From NCBI RefSeq assembly GCF_004010195.1, contig NC_057746.1, forward strand, positions 1,261,535-1,296,137: a DNA stretch of 34,603 nt, read 5' to 3'. Position numbers and translations under genes: made by a program. Origin of the DNA: Chiloscyllium plagiosum (Eukaryota). Under the pieces are notes generated by a model, which saw only the letters and a list, made by a program, of their open reading frames with translations, was not told where the DNA came from and ran no database searches. Shown piece after piece: positions 1 through 12,707 of this stretch (positions are counted from its first letter, which is position 1; every line of letters starts with the position of its first letter).

Positions 1-617
1 CTAAGAAGGAAATACGCAGAGAAAAAATGAGGAACGAAGGTAAATTGGCCAATAATATAAAGGAGGATAGTAAAAGCTTTTTTAGGTATTTGCAAGGCAA
101 AAAAATGGTTAGGACTAAAATTGGGCCCTTGAAGACAGAAACAGGGGAATATATTACGGGGAACAAAGAAATGGCAGAGGAATTAAATGGGTACTTCAGA
201 TCTGTGTTCACTGGGGAATACACAAGCAATCTCCATGAGGTAACAGTGGCTGAAGGACCTGAACTTAAGGGAATTTATATTTGCCAGGATTTGGTGTTGG
301 AGAGACTGTGAGGTCTGAAGGTTGATAAGTCTCCGGGGCCTGATGGTCTGCATCCCAGGGTGGCTCGGGAAATCATGGATGCGTTGGTGATTATTTTCCA
401 GAGTTCGATAGATTAGGGGTCGGTTCCTGAGGATTAGAGGGTGGCTAATGTTATACCACGTTTTAAGAAAGGTGGGAGAGAGAAAGCAGGAAATTATAGA
501 CCAGTTAGTCTGACCTCAGTGGTGGGAAAGATGCTGGAGTCTATTGTAAAGGATGAAATTACAGCAGGCTCGAAGGGCAGAATTGCCTACTTCTGCACCT
601 ATTGTCTATTGTCTATT
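1..617 (+). mobile_element. CR1 LINE ORF2 fragment, internally deleted and joined to its 3' tail
   Basis: ORFs 27-311 and 441-647 give CR1 ORF2 motifs (KSFFRY, NYRPVSLTSVVGKMLESI). At ~563 the sequence jumps to the 3' UTR ending in (ctattgt)n. Near-identical to the minus-strand element at 28457-32667. Confidence 0.92.
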
Positions 618-644
618 GCCTCTCATGCCCCCCCCCCCCGTATT

Positions 645-1258
645 TGAGGTGAGCTTGGGGATTGGCTATCTGACAGAAGGCAGAGAGTTGGAATAAAAGG
701 TTCTCTTTCAGAATGGCAGCTAGTGACAAGTGGTGTCCTTCAGGGTTCAGTGTTGGGGCCGCAGCTGTTCACTTTATATATTAATGATCTGGATGAAGGG
801 ACTGGAGAATTCTGGCGAAGTTCGCCGATAATTGGAAGTTAGGTGGACAGTCAGGTAGCACTGAGGAGGTGGGGAGACTGCAGAAAGATTTAGACCAGGA
901 AATGGATTAGGAAATGGCTGATGAAATTCAACTTGAGCAAATGTGACTTCCTGCACTTCGGAAAAAAGAATCCAGGCATGGACAGATTTAGAGGGGGTCA
1001 AATTAAAATGGAAATGAGGAAACATTTCTTCTGCCAGAGAGTGGTGGGCCTTTAGAATTCATTGCCACAGAGCGCAGTGGAGGCTGGGACGTTAAATGTC
1101 TTCAAGACAGAGATTGATAAATTGTTGATCTCACAAGGAATTAAGGGCTGCGGGGAAAGTGCGGGTAAGTGGTGTTGAAATGCCCATCAGCTGAGTGGTC
1201 CCGATGGGCCAAATGGCCTCACTTCCACACATATGTGTTATGATGTTATGGTTTTATT
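645..1258 (+). mobile_element. CR1 LINE RT fragment plus 3' tail (second family)
   Basis: agtggtgtccttcagggttcagtgttggggccgcagctgttc encodes the RT motif [13 protein letters not shown], followed by YINDLD. Internal deletion near 985. The 3' UTR ends in a ttatg-type short repeat. Confidence 0.88.
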
Positions 1259-1261
1259 GGA

Positions 1262-1590
1262 GAGATTCATTTCCTGGCACCTGTATGACACGAACGTTAC
1301 TTGCCACTTGTCAGCCCAAGTCTGGATATTGTCTACATCTTGCTGTATTTTAAAATGGACTGCTTCAGTTACTGAGGAGTTTTGAAAGGTGCTAAACATT
1401 GTGCAATCATTGGTAAACATCCCATTTCTGACCTTATGATGGAGGAAAGGTCATTGATGAAGCAACATAAGACAGTTGGGCCGAGGGTGCTACCCTGAGG
1501 TAGTCTTAGAGATGTCCCAGAGCTGAGATGACTGACCTCCAACAACCACAACCATCTTCCTATGTGCCTGGTATGACTCCAACTAGTTAC
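1262..1590 (-). mobile_element. Old CR1/L2-group LINE RT fragment
   Basis: Minus-strand ORFs give PQGSTLGPTVLCCFINDL and IQQDVDNIQTWADKWQVTF. Confidence 0.8.
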
Positions 1591-1737
1591 AGAGGACAGG
1601 GGCAATCCATTCTTTGGATATGGGCATTGCAGGTTCATAGCATTTATTGTCGACCCCAATTGCCTAGAGTGCCTCCATAACATTATCTCAATCTGTGGAT
1701 TAATAGTCTAGCATCTCTATGTTTCTGTCTGTGGCAG

Positions 1738-2940
1738 TGTCAGAAAATTGGTGGTAGTTCATGGAATGCAAAGTTACACATGAGATCCTGGGTCAGAGGG
1801 AAATAAGACAAAATATTTAACAATTTATTAATAATACAGTAGCTTCAGCAGTGAAGTTAAACCACGAGGTAATTTTTTTCCATGTCTATGTTTAAACCCA
1901 ATTTTCTTTGATTCTAGCCCCCACTCACACAAGGAAATTCAGACAGACACATAGACACAGTAATGAATAAAACAAAAGGACAAAAAAAAGGTAAGATGGA
2001 ACTGGATATCTCACTTAAGCTGTCTGCATGATTTGTAATCTCAAAATGACATGTATCTTGCAGGGTTTCTTAACATACCAATCAATGCAAATAGTTTTCA
2101 GTAGGCTCTGAGGAATATCCATTTCAACCTTACAACTATCTTCTGAATTTTCGATAGGTTGACAATGGGAAGATAACCAGGGAGCAATTAAACCTCATAT
2201 TTGTGGGTTGTGATAGCCAAAATCCTTCTGACCTAAACACAGTTTAAAACCAGTTCAAACTTTTGTTTCTCTTTGTTAGACTGGTTGATTCCCTGTAAGG
2301 CTCCTGTCACCATTCAAACATATGCTGCCCTTTGAGCAGAGTGCAACTCTGGAATGAAAATATCTAGTGTTCTTTGAAACAAAATCAACCTGCAAATAAC
2401 TTCCAGGCCTGGGCATATAAGCAAATATCTGTTTGATTGATAATTGTTAAAACAAGCTACTGCTCACAGTCCAATTGTCACCTTCAGCTTTCAGCTCACA
2501 GTTCACAGGCTCCAAACCAAAAATGGGAACAATAAACTATGGGAAATCAGCAAGGGTTCTAACACTAAAGAGATTGCTTTCAGTTGAATTTACTGCCAGA
2601 GAGGGACGGAGGGCACTATTCTATCCTAAAAACTTCTTATGCAATTTGTATCTCCGGTTTGCGAAAACAAACATCAACTTAACCCCAGAGTCTGTTGCTC
2701 GGCAATGAACAGCACAGATCCTCAGGTTTTTCCAAGTCTGCTTGTCCAGCAACTAGGGGCATAAAATCCACTTTGAAAATTCCATGGCACCCTTCTCCCA
2801 AAATTTCTAGTAATTCCAGTAAACAGCAGATTCTCTTTGACCTTCTGATCTTTGTTTCCAAAAACGTCACATGATAAAGCCTCTTTAATCCAGAAATGTC
2901 CAAACAGTTCTATATTCGAGTTTCTCGCAGTTCATAAATT
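1738..2940 (-). mobile_element. Possible degenerate solo LTR-like repeat
   Basis: Begins with TG and has tttatt (AATAAA on minus) near 1824. Layout resembles the LTR at 20437-21055. No clean terminus or TSD found. Confidence 0.25.
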
Positions 2941-3039
2941 AATGTGCATTCTAAGTATATTTGACACGATCCACTCCTTTGGAAGTTTCCATTGATAAAA
3001 TGCCCAATTCATACAATCACTACACATAATCCAATCCCT

Positions 3040-3165
3040 CCATCCCTTCACTTTTTCAACGATTCTGTCATTATTTTTAAAAATCTTTTCTATATCCCTC
3101 CTGTAATATGAAGACCAGAACTGAACACAATATTCAAAGTGTAATCACTTCGATGACTTATAAAC
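3040..3165 (-). mobile_element. Decayed CR1 3' ORF2 fragment
   Basis: gaccagaactgaacacaatattcaaagtgt is the reverse complement of the L.YCVQFWS motif. Confidence 0.6.
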
Positions 3166-3361
3166 TTAGAATTATTTCACTATTCAAGCTCAGTAGTGAA
3201 TTTTTAATGCATCCCAGCATCAGGATTTTTTAAAAATTGGCTGTCAATGTGCATTGGGTGCAGTATCTTCAATTTATTGTCAATCTAGAACTCTGTTCTC
3301 TTTTATTTTCTCAGTGACATTAGTAGCGCAAGTTTTACTGTCTCCAGATAGTGTGAGACCA

Positions 3362-3592
3362 GACAGGAGATGCAGGAGAGTCAACATTTTGGGCATGATC
3401 CCTTCATCAGAAATGTGAGGGTGCCCAAGGGGGCTGAGAGATAAATAGGAAGGGGGGTCAGGTTGGGCGGGGGGGAAGGTAGCCAGGAAGGTGGATGGTA
3501 GATGAAAGTGAGGTTGATGGTGATAGGTCAGAGTAGAAGGTGGAGCGGATAGGTGGGAAGGAAGATGGACAGGTGGGACAGGTCAAGAGGGT
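3362..3592 (-). mobile_element. Penelope-like element 3' end (inverted pseudo-LTR) with decayed hammerhead
   Basis: Reverse complement is similar to 4670-4870 and contains ctgatgaagggatcatgccc(a)aaa on the minus strand. Confidence 0.7.
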
Positions 3593-4076
3593 NNNNNNNN
3601 NNNNNNNNNNNNNNNNNNNNNNNNNNNNNNNNNNNNNNNNNNNNNNNNNNNNNNNNNNNNNNNNNNNNNNNNNNNNNNNNNNNNNNNNNNNNNNNNNNNN
3701 NNNNNNNNNNNNNNNNNNNNNNNNNNNNNNNNNNNNNNNNNNNNNNNNNNNNNNNNNNNNNNNNNNNNNNNNNNNNNNNNNNNNNNNNNNNNNNNNNNNN
3801 NNNNNNNNNNNNNNNNNNNNNNNNNNNNNNNNNNNNNNNNNNNNNNNNNNNNNNNNNNNNNNNNNNNNNNNNNNNNNNNNNNNNNNNNNNNNNNNNNNNN
3901 NNNNNNNNNNNNNNNNNNNNNNNNNNNNNNNNNNNNNNNNNNNNNNNNNNNNNNNNNNNNNNNNNNNNNNNNNNNNNNNNNNNNNNNNNNNNNNNNNNNN
4001 NNNNNNNNNNNNNNNNNNNNNNNNNNNNNNNNNNNNNNNNNNNNNNNNNNNNNNNNNNNNNNNNNNNNNNNNNNNN
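3593..4076. other. Assembly gap (484 N)
   Basis: N run. Confidence 1.
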
Positions 4077-4955
4077 CTACAGTCAGGCCCCACCATCAGA
4101 GATATATTTCCCTCCCCACCCCTTTCAGCATTCTGCAGAGACCATTCAATCCATGACTCCCTCATTAGGTTCATGCCTCCCACCAACCCAACCCTCCCAG
4201 CACCTTCCCTTGCCACCGCAAAACGTGTAAAAACTGCACCCACACCTCCCCCCTCACCTCTATCCAAGGTCCCAAAGGATCCTTCCACATCCGGCAGAGA
4301 TTTTCCTGCACATGCAAGCACCTCATCTACTGTGTCCCTTGCTCTCGATGTGGTCTCCTCTACATTGGGAAGATAGGATGCCAAGGTGCGGAACATTTCA
4401 GAGAACATCTCTGGGGCACATGCGCACTAAACAACCCCACCGCCCAGTGGCTGACCACTTCAACTCTCCCTCTTGCTCTGCCAAGGACACGAAAGTCCTG
4501 GGCCTTTTCCGCTACCAAATCATAGCCACACGACACCTGAAAGATGAATGCCTCATCTTCCACCTGGGGATCCTCTAATCACATGGCATCAATGTCAATT
4601 TCAACAGTTTCCTCATCTCCCTCCCCGACCTCATCCCAAATCCACCCGTCCAACTCGGCACTGCACTCTTGAACTGTCCTAACCGCCCATTTTCCTTCCC
4701 ACCTATCCACTCTACTCTCTGTCCGACCTAACACCATCATCCCCATCTGCATTCACCTATCGCCTTAATGGCTACCTTTCCCCCCAGCCCCACTCTCTCA
4801 GGCACCATGGGCATCACCCCCAACATTCTTGATGAATGGCTTATGCCCAAAACTTCAATTCTACTGCTCCTCAAATGCTGCCTGACCTGCTGTGCTTTTC
4901 CAGTGCCACACTTTATGAATCTGATCTCCAGTATCTGTAGTCCTCACTTTCTCCA
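4077..4955 (+). mobile_element. Penelope-like element, GIY-YIG endonuclease region and 3' pseudo-LTR
   Basis: Encodes IYCVPCSRCGLLYIGK (GIY-YIG) and PVADHFN..., E.LIF.LG. The C-rich 3' region ends with a decayed hammerhead (4830-4860) and the ctgatctccag...tcactttctcc terminus. Confidence 0.85.
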
Positions 4956-5594
4956 TACGACCTAAGATACATGATGCAGTCCCACAAAAGTGCTGATACA
5001 TTGACTCTGTGTGGAACTGCTTGAGAAGTTTCAACTTCTGATGGACAATGTTCCTGTGCCTGGGTTTCTCAGGAAATAACAGAATAAAAGTAGAGTCTAT
5101 CTCCAAGATAACTATACACTGTCCCCTCAACATCCTCCCTTATACCCTCAGATATCGCCGTGCACACACACTACACCTGTCCCCACCAACTATCACCCTT
5201 TTACTACTCATCCTGACACTCATTGTTCCCTTCCCCAAAATGCCTGCCTCCCAAACTGAGCCTGATAGCCCTCCCAACTAGGCTACCCACCATCACTGTC
5301 CTTACCCCACTTTTTGCCAACCACAAGAGGTAACCCACCACCATTAAACCACCAACCTCCACCCCCATCCTGGCCTGATTAACTCCCAGTCTGACTCCAC
5401 CTCCTGGAAAAGTACTGACTGTGCTTTTCCAGCACCACACTCTTCGACTTCGCCTCCATTAAAACCTTCTTAACCATCCCATCCACTTGCCACTCTAACA
5501 GTCAGCATCTCACCCACCTGGCAACCTAACCACTTACCACCTCATTCACCCTGCTATCCATCTACTACCTCACCAACTACTATCTCATTTGTTA

Positions 5595-7051
5595 CCTTTT
5601 AACAATCCCAAAGGGTACCTAATCTCCCACGGGTCCATATAGAAAGTAGTATCCCACCTGTCCAAAATGTTACCCTGGCTATCTAAACAAATTCATAAAG
5701 TTCAGACCTACATTTACCAGGTCTAATCTGCACACATTGTGTTTTCCACAAATCCGTCAACAGAATTAGAAACAAATGGATGAAAAACTTATATATTCAT
5801 GCAGTTGCCTCCATGAAACACACATGCTAGAACTCTGCCCTATCTCTATTCCCACCCCAATGAAAATATTAAGACAGTGTTAAGGCAGGACTTTCAGTGT
5901 TCACCCGCTTCCACAGTATTGGCTGTGACAAAAAGATTTCCTCTTGTTTACCATACAGCAGTTCATGCTGTACAGCGCGAACTAATTATTCTGCTGTTCC
6001 CCACAATATTGCACCAGAATTCTTGGATGGACTATGCGCTCTATATTTGTGACAAATCCAGTTGGAAGACCTGGCAAGAAATGTGGAGCTGGGGAAAGCT
6101 CAAATGGAATACCACTTTGAGAATGATTGTCATTCCTCCAGAGATCCAGGTCATTAACTCTCCATTAAATATTTGCCTCTTGTGGACTTTTGGCCCCAAG
6201 TGAAACATTTGCATTCTATACATTGAATTTTATCTGCCATTTGTCAATATAATTCCCACCTTTAATCAAATACTCCTTTCTGTATCTTACCCTGTTCAGG
6301 TTTGGAGTTGACCACCCTTTTAACAATCCCACAGGATACCTAATCTCCCTCAAATGTATCCCGGGTCCATACAGAAAGTAGTATCCCACCTGTCCAAAAT
6401 GTTACCCTGGCTATCTAAACAAATTCATAAAGTTCAGACCTATATTTGTCAGGTCTAATCTGCACACATTGTGTTTTCCACAAATCCGTCAACAGAATTA
6501 GATACAAATGGAGGCAACAGCTTATATATTCATGCAGTTGCCTCCACGAAACACACATGCTAGAACTCTGCCCTATCTCTATTCCCACCTCAATGAAAAT
6601 ATTAAGCCAGTGTTAAGGCAGGACTTTCAGTGTTCACCCGCTTCCACAGTATTGGCTGTGTCAAAAAGATTTTCTCTTGTTTACCATACAGCATTTCATG
6701 CTGTACAGCGAGAACTAATTATTCTGCCGTTCCCCTAATCCACAATATTGCACCAGAATTCTTGAATGGACTATGCGCTCTATATTTGTGACAAATCCAG
6801 GAAGACCTGGCAAGAAATGTGGAGCTGGGGAAAGCTCAAATGGAATAGCACTTTGAGAATGATTGTCATTCCTCCAGAGATCCAGGTCATTAACTCTCCA
6901 TTAAATATTTGCCTCTTGTGGACTTTTGGCCCCAAGTGAAACATTTGCATTCTATACATTGAATTTTATCTGCCATTTGTCAATATAATTCCCACCTTTA
7001 ATCAAATACTCCTTTCTGTATCTTACCCTGTTCAGGTTTGGAGTTGACCAC
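5595..7051 (+). repeat. Direct tandem duplication, two units (5595-6315, 6316-7051)
   Basis: Both units start ccttttaacaatccca and end gttcaggtttggagttgaccac. They differ by scattered substitutions and small indels. Confidence 0.95.
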
Positions 7052-7250
7052 ACGCATCAGCATTGTACCATCTGCAGATTTAATCATGTGCTGTGACTCC
7101 TGGCCCAGATCACTTGTGAAGATATTTAAAAAAGAGATGCCAGAATAATCTCTGTGGAATCTCATTGATAACATTTTGCCAGAACAATATTAATCGCTGT
7201 ATCATCACCCTTTGGATTCCATTGATCAAACAACTATTACATCATTTAAC
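6935..7250 (-). mobile_element. Highly decayed CR1 RT fragment (its start is also duplicated at ~6200-6315)
   Basis: tgcattctatacattgaattttatctgccatttgtc is the reverse complement of DKWQIKFNV..C; ccatctgcagattt is the reverse complement of KSADG (FADD-like). Confidence 0.5.
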
Positions 7251-7295
7251 AACACCAGTGAGTGAGATTAACACAGCTCCCTTGTTCTGACAAAA

Positions 7296-7372
7296 TAGGA
7301 AAGATTCACACTTACATTCCGTCTTTTGTGACCACATAACTCCCAAAGTGCTTTATAGCAGTTGAAATAATT
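7296..7372 (-). mobile_element. Ancient DeuSINE-type (SacSINE1-like) 3' tail fragment
   Basis: cccaaagtgctttatagc resembles the reverse complement of the tail at 27360-27465. Confidence 0.45.
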
Positions 7373-7875
7373 TTATTGGTCAAACTATCAGGCTTGAAGC
7401 AAAACACACTTTATTCACACACTTTAATTAAAAACAACAAAAGAAAGAAGAAATTGGAATAACATAACTCTATTGGAAACTGTAACAGAAAGTAAGATTA
7501 TTTTACTACTAAACGGTAACTGTTCCAATATAGTAACATTCCATGAACACACCCATGAGAAAAGCAAATTCAGAAAAATAGATTGTGTCAAAGCAACTCT
7601 CGCAGCAGGAGAGAACCCCCAGCTCTTTGCTGTAACAGAGAAAGGGAAAAAAAACAGCTTCTACATCCAGCTTCAAGACCACAGCAGCAACTACTACTGA
7701 AAAACTAAAACTAAAAATCCTGATTCTGTGGGAGCTTGCCACCCATTCAGGCTGCTTCTATTATACCTATTTTTTGAAAAGACCCCAAGGCCTCACAAGC
7801 TGTATATATTATGAGCTTTCAATAGAAAGTTCACCACCTCTGACTTTGAAAAAAGACTCAGGACAAAATACCTCT
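7373..7875 (-). mobile_element. Partial LTR-like repeat related to 20437-21055
   Basis: Shares the tcaaac...aagcaaaaca...tttatt block with the solo LTR. Termini not resolved. Confidence 0.45.
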
Positions 7876-7914
7876 GAGAGTCATAGAGTCATCACACTGG
7901 TGCAGCCAGCATTT

Positions 7915-8603
7915 TTAATTGTTAAAAGGGCTATAATAGCAGACCAATTAGAGATATATAACATGATAAAGCATCGTCAGTATGGCTTCACAAAGGGTGA
8001 ATCATGCCAAACAAATTTACTAGAATTCTCTGAGGACATAATAAGCAGGATATAAAGGAAAAGCAGTGATTCAGAAGGCATTTGACAAGGTACTTTAGGC
8101 GACTTAACAATATCAGAACCTAAGGTATTGGATAGCATATGAGCATGGTCAGAAGATTGACTAACTAATAAAAGATAGAGAGTTTGGAGAAAGGGAGCAT
8201 TTTGAGGATGGCAAGCTATAAGTAATGGTATATCACAGGGATCAGTGCTGGGGCCATCATTATTCACAATAATTATTAATAACTTGGGTGAGGAAAGTAA
8301 TAGCCAAGTTTGCAAATTACATAAAAAAAGGTGGAAAGGATGACCAAAGAGTCTGCAGGGTTAAGCGTGTGGGTAAAAAAATGGTAAACACAATACAATG
8401 CTGGAAAATGAGATTATGCAACTTTGCAGGAAAAAGAGAGGAATTGACTATTAGTTAAATAGAGAAAAACTACAGAAAGATACAAAACGGGGATTTAGGA
8501 GTCCATAATCACAAAAAGCTAGCATCCAAGTTCAGCAGGTAATAGGCAAGGCAAATGGAATCCTGGCCTTTATTTTGAAGGGAATAGAATGAAATATAAT
8601 GAG
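7915..8603 (+). mobile_element. Decayed CR1 RT fragment
   Basis: QYGFTKGESCQTNLLEFSEDI, then G(I)SQGSVLGPSLFTIIINNL, then KANGILAFI. Confidence 0.85.
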
Positions 8604-8604
8604 G

Positions 8605-11318
8605 ACTTCCCTTTCACCCAGGTAAGACATAATTCCTCTCCTGGGAGTTAGCCCATGGTGCCGCCTGCACCTCCTGTACAGCGGCCAGACCTGTCTGGAG
8701 TCCTGGGGAATACAGCAGACCCAATCACTGCTGCAGTTCCACAGGCCTCCGGGGATTAGCTGGAGCCCCATGCCGGCCGCAGTGCAGGCACCACAACTGA
8801 AGATTCTACTGGGTCATAGAGTGGTGGAGGGGAGGAAGGTATTATACTCACTCCTCCCTCCCAGACTGTTTTGCCAGGTGCCTTGGTTCTGGGGAGGACC
8901 TTTTCCCTGAGGAGCCGGGCGTCCCGGTGTCGGGAGAGGAGCGGGGCCCCAGGCCTCTGCTGCCCGATGACCCGACCTCTGGGCACTTCAGGAAGTGGTG
9001 CATTGTGGAAGTTACCACCTGTGTCCCTGGGGGTGGGGTCACGGGGGGTTTGAGGGTAGTTGGTGGTGCCAGACCAGCCCCCACTCTCTCGGTGGGGGGT
9101 GGGCCGGTGACCAAGGGTGACTGTCTGTAGGAGGGTTCCGGCTCAGTGGTGGGCACTAGGGATGACGCGGAGTCTGTCTCCAGCGAGGGTTTAGACTCCC
9201 CAGTGCCCTCCACTGAGCTCCCCCTTCATGCCCCTTGGGGAACTCCAGGACCTTATCGGGGCACACTTGGTCATTCTGATAGATCTGGCTGGCTCGCGAC
9301 CACTGGGAAGATTTTGGGCTGGTCTGCTGGACCACCCAGGTGTATAATGATACAGACCCGGGCTGGCCCAGAACGATGGGCGGCGGTTCAGGATGTTCCT
9401 TGATATACTCACAGGGAGGGTGAGGGACATGTATAGCCCTCCCAGTAAATGTTTATAAGACAGTATCACTGAAGGTCGTTGCACAATGCTACTGACATGA
9501 ACACGACCACAACCAGCCTCAACATCAACGGCAGCAGGGAGTTGCAGTGCAGATTCCAAAACTTCTTGGTTCTTTGGGACAGGAAGTATGCGGTGTGCTT
9601 CCTGCAAGAAACACACACTACCCAAGGAGACAAAGCCACCTGATTCCTGGAGTGGCAAGGGGGTTCTATACGAGCCACCTCACCCGCAAATCTGGCAGAG
9701 TGGCTATCTTGTTGGCCCCACATTTTCAGCCGGTGATCTTGGGGGTCAGGGAACGTGTGCCAGGTTCTTTGCTTCACCTGATGGTTTGGCTGAGGGGGCG
9801 CACGGCGCTTCATTTTGTGAACATCAACACACCCGTGGTTGGACTGAGGCAAACGCGCTTCTACGGAGAAGTGTCCGCTCATCTTGCCTCCTCGACAAAG
9901 GCTAGTGCATTGTCCTTGGGGGAAATTGTAACTGCGTCCTGGAGGACAGGGACCACAGCAGTGCCCAGTCTGGATTGGTGTCCGGGAGGAGGTTGGGGGA
10001 CTTGGTCAAGTCCTTCGATCTGGTGGACGTCTGGCAGAATCTCCATCCCGACTCCATTGCCTTCACCATCATGAGGCCTGGAGTCAGAGCCTCCAGAATC
10101 GACCACCTGTACATTTTGCGGGCATACGCCTCCTGTTTTCCGACGGTCTCCACGTGCACAGCCCATTACCTGGTGTGGGCGGAGGTCCTACCATTTGGCA
10201 CCCACCTTGGGTCCACATACTGGCACTTTAACAACCTGCTGTTGGAGGACGAGCGCTTCCAGGGCTCATTTTGTCGGTTCTGGGTCAGCTGGAGAAGGAA
10301 GCGGGGAAGCTTCCCCTCCCTGGGTGGGACATGGGCAAGGCTCACATCCACATTTTATTTGTCAGGAGTACACTAGGGGGTTGACAAAGAGGCGGAAATC
10401 ACGATCGAGGAGTTGGAGATGGAGGTGTTCTGCCTGATGGGGACCCGGCCCTGCGGGGGGGTATACGAAGCGAAGAAGGCTGCGCTTCAAGACCTGCAGC
10501 TTGTTGGGTCCTGGGGCACATACATGAGGTCTCGGATCCGGCTCCTCCAGGACCTGGACTGCACCTCCCCCTTCTTCTACTCGCTGGAAAAAAGGTGCAG
10601 GACCCATCAGCACCTCCTTGTGCCCGTCTCAGATCCGGGGGGTTTCAGGGCCCAAATTCGCTCCTATTACATGGCTCTATTCTCTCCAGATCCATCCAGT
10701 GAGGATGCTCACAGGGTTCTGTGGGAGGACTTGCCACAGCACAGCCCGGAGGATGCCATCACTTTTGAGGAGCTGACTGGCACCCTCGACTAGCTCTCGA
10801 AAGGCAAGTCCCTGGGGCTGGATGGGTTGACTGTGGAGCTTTTCAGGGCGTTCTGGGATATCCTAGGGAGTGACTATGCACAGGTCGTAAGGGAGTGCCT
10901 TAATGCCGGTGAGCTGCCCCTTTCTTGGCACAGGGTGGTCATCGTGCTGCTGCTGAAGAAGGGGAACCTTCATTCTCTGAAGAATTGGCATCCAGTCTCC
11001 CTCCTCGGCACAGGTTATAAAATTTTCGCCAGGGTGTTGTCTTCTTGTGCTGGCCCACATAATTCACCCAGACCAGTCCTACATGATGCTGGACCGGAGG
11101 GTACATGACAACGTCTATCTGGTCCAGGATCTGATCCATTTCTGTCAACGGGCTGGTCTGCCAAGCACCTTCCTATCCCTTGATCAAGTAAAGGTATTCG
11201 ACAGGGTCCATCACAAGTATCTGCTCGGGACTCTGTGGACATTTGGGTTTGAGATACAGTTTGCCGCCTGGATCTGACTTTTGTACACTGCCACAGAGTG
11301 TCTGGTTAAAGTTAATGG
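8605..11318 (+). mobile_element. Tx1-clade (L1 group) non-LTR retrotransposon: ORF1 remnant plus frameshifted ORF2 (APE endonuclease and RT)
   Basis: GC-rich. ORF2 starts ~9497 with SLNINGSR and LQETH, followed by SRIDHLY, YWHFNNLLLED, KNWHPVSLL, LSLDQVKVFDRVHHKYL. Multiple stops and frameshifts. Confidence 0.88.
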
Positions 11319-11319
11319 C

Positions 11320-12053
11320 TAACAGAGCTGGGCTGGGATGAGAGGTGGCAAATGGAGCTTAATGTGGAAAAGTGTGAGTTGATTCATTTTGGAAGGAGTA
11401 ATTGGAATACAGAGTCCTGGGCTAGTGGTAAGATTCTTAGTTGTGGGGATAAGCAGAGAGATCTCAGTGTCCATATTCATAGATCCCTGAAGTTTGCCAC
11501 TCAGGTTGATAGGATTGTTAAGAAGGCCTACGATGTGTTAGCTTTTACTGGTAGAGGGATTGAGCTTCTGAGCTACAAGGTCATGCTGCAGCTGCATAAA
11601 ACTCTGGTGCAGCTCCACTTGGAGTATTGTGTACAGTTCTGGTCACCGCAATGTGGGAAGGATGTGGAAGCATTGGAAAGGGTGCAGACATGATTTACCA
11701 GGATGTTGCCTGTTATAGAGGGAAGGTCTTATGTGGAAAGGCTGAGGGACTTGAGGCTGTTTTCGTTAGAGAGAAGAAGGTTGAGAAGTGACTTAATGGA
11801 AACATACAAGATAATCAGAGGATTCGATAGCGTGGTCAGTGAGAACCTTTTTCCTCGGATGGTAATGGTTAGCATGAGAGGATATAGCTTTAAACTGAGG
11901 GGTGATAGATATAGAACAGATGTCAGATGTCTTTACTCAGACAGTTAGCAAGGGCGTGGAATGCCCTGCCTGCAATCATAGTAGACTCACCATCTTTAAG
12001 GGCATTTAACTGGTCATTGGGTAGGCATGAGGACAAGAATGGAATAGTGTAGA
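11320..12053 (+). mobile_element. 5'-truncated CR1 inserted in the Tx1 element (5' part)
   Basis: ORFs 11352-11693 and 11703-11948 (WQMELNVEKC, HLEYCVQFWSP, LFSLERRRLR). The 3' UTR is interrupted at gtgtag(a) and resumes at 19215. Confidence 0.92.
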
Positions 12054-12688
12054 TGAGGATCTGAAATATGAAATCAGGAACAACCATTTAATACATGCTC
12101 TTACTAACTAGGCAGCAATAAAATGGCTTCTTAATGCAAATAACATAAAATGGCTTCTAGGCCGCAAATTGACAATTCTGCTTAAAGCTGCTAAAAGCTG
12201 CATTCCTGAACTAACCATAGTGTGCCTCAACAAAGATTAGCAGATAATTCTTCCCTTATAGCATAGAAATAACTTGAATAGATCAGACATTCCTAGCCAT
12301 CCTAAATGTACTTGCAAGTGCAGGTGCAAAGAATAGTTTCGCGAGATAGGGGTGCTTGGATGTAGAAAGTAAGGTTGGTTCCCAGGAAGTATCATTGTGC
12401 TAAGTTGCTGTCAATAAAGTCATTTATTAAAATTGATTGGTAATTGTCTGAATGTGCTCTGCATGATGTCCTGGACTTCTCTCAAAGAATGTATAAAAAT
12501 GTCTTTCTCTTAAGCCATGTGCGCAGTTTCACCAAGGAACATTGAAGTGTTTAATCTCTGTGTTACTGGACAACCTGCGTCTAGCCGAGATTGAATAAAG
12601 TCTGAAATCTTACAGAACCAGACCGAATTGCCAGTGTTTATTGACCAAACGCAGAACTGAGAGACCCCGCTGGAGGTCCAGATCTTCA
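12054..12688 (+). repeat. ERV 5' LTR
   Basis: TG...CA ends, TATAAAA at 12492, AATAAA at 12594. U3 is near-identical to 18656-19163. Confidence 0.92.
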
Positions 12689-12690
12689 TC

Positions 12691-12707
12691 TGTGCTATGA
12701 CTCAGCA
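12691..12707 (+). promoter_or_regulatory. Degenerate primer-binding site, tRNA-His type
   Basis: tgtgctatgactcagca versus the tRNA-His complement TGGTGCCGTGACTCGGAT. Differences are mostly CpG-type transitions plus a 1-nt deletion. Lies 2 nt after the LTR. Confidence 0.6.

Noticed and set aside
3458-4408. Long ORFs crossing N-runs (also at 21244-21963, 23905-24320, 30454-31707)
   Set aside because: Their length is an artefact of untranslatable Ns.
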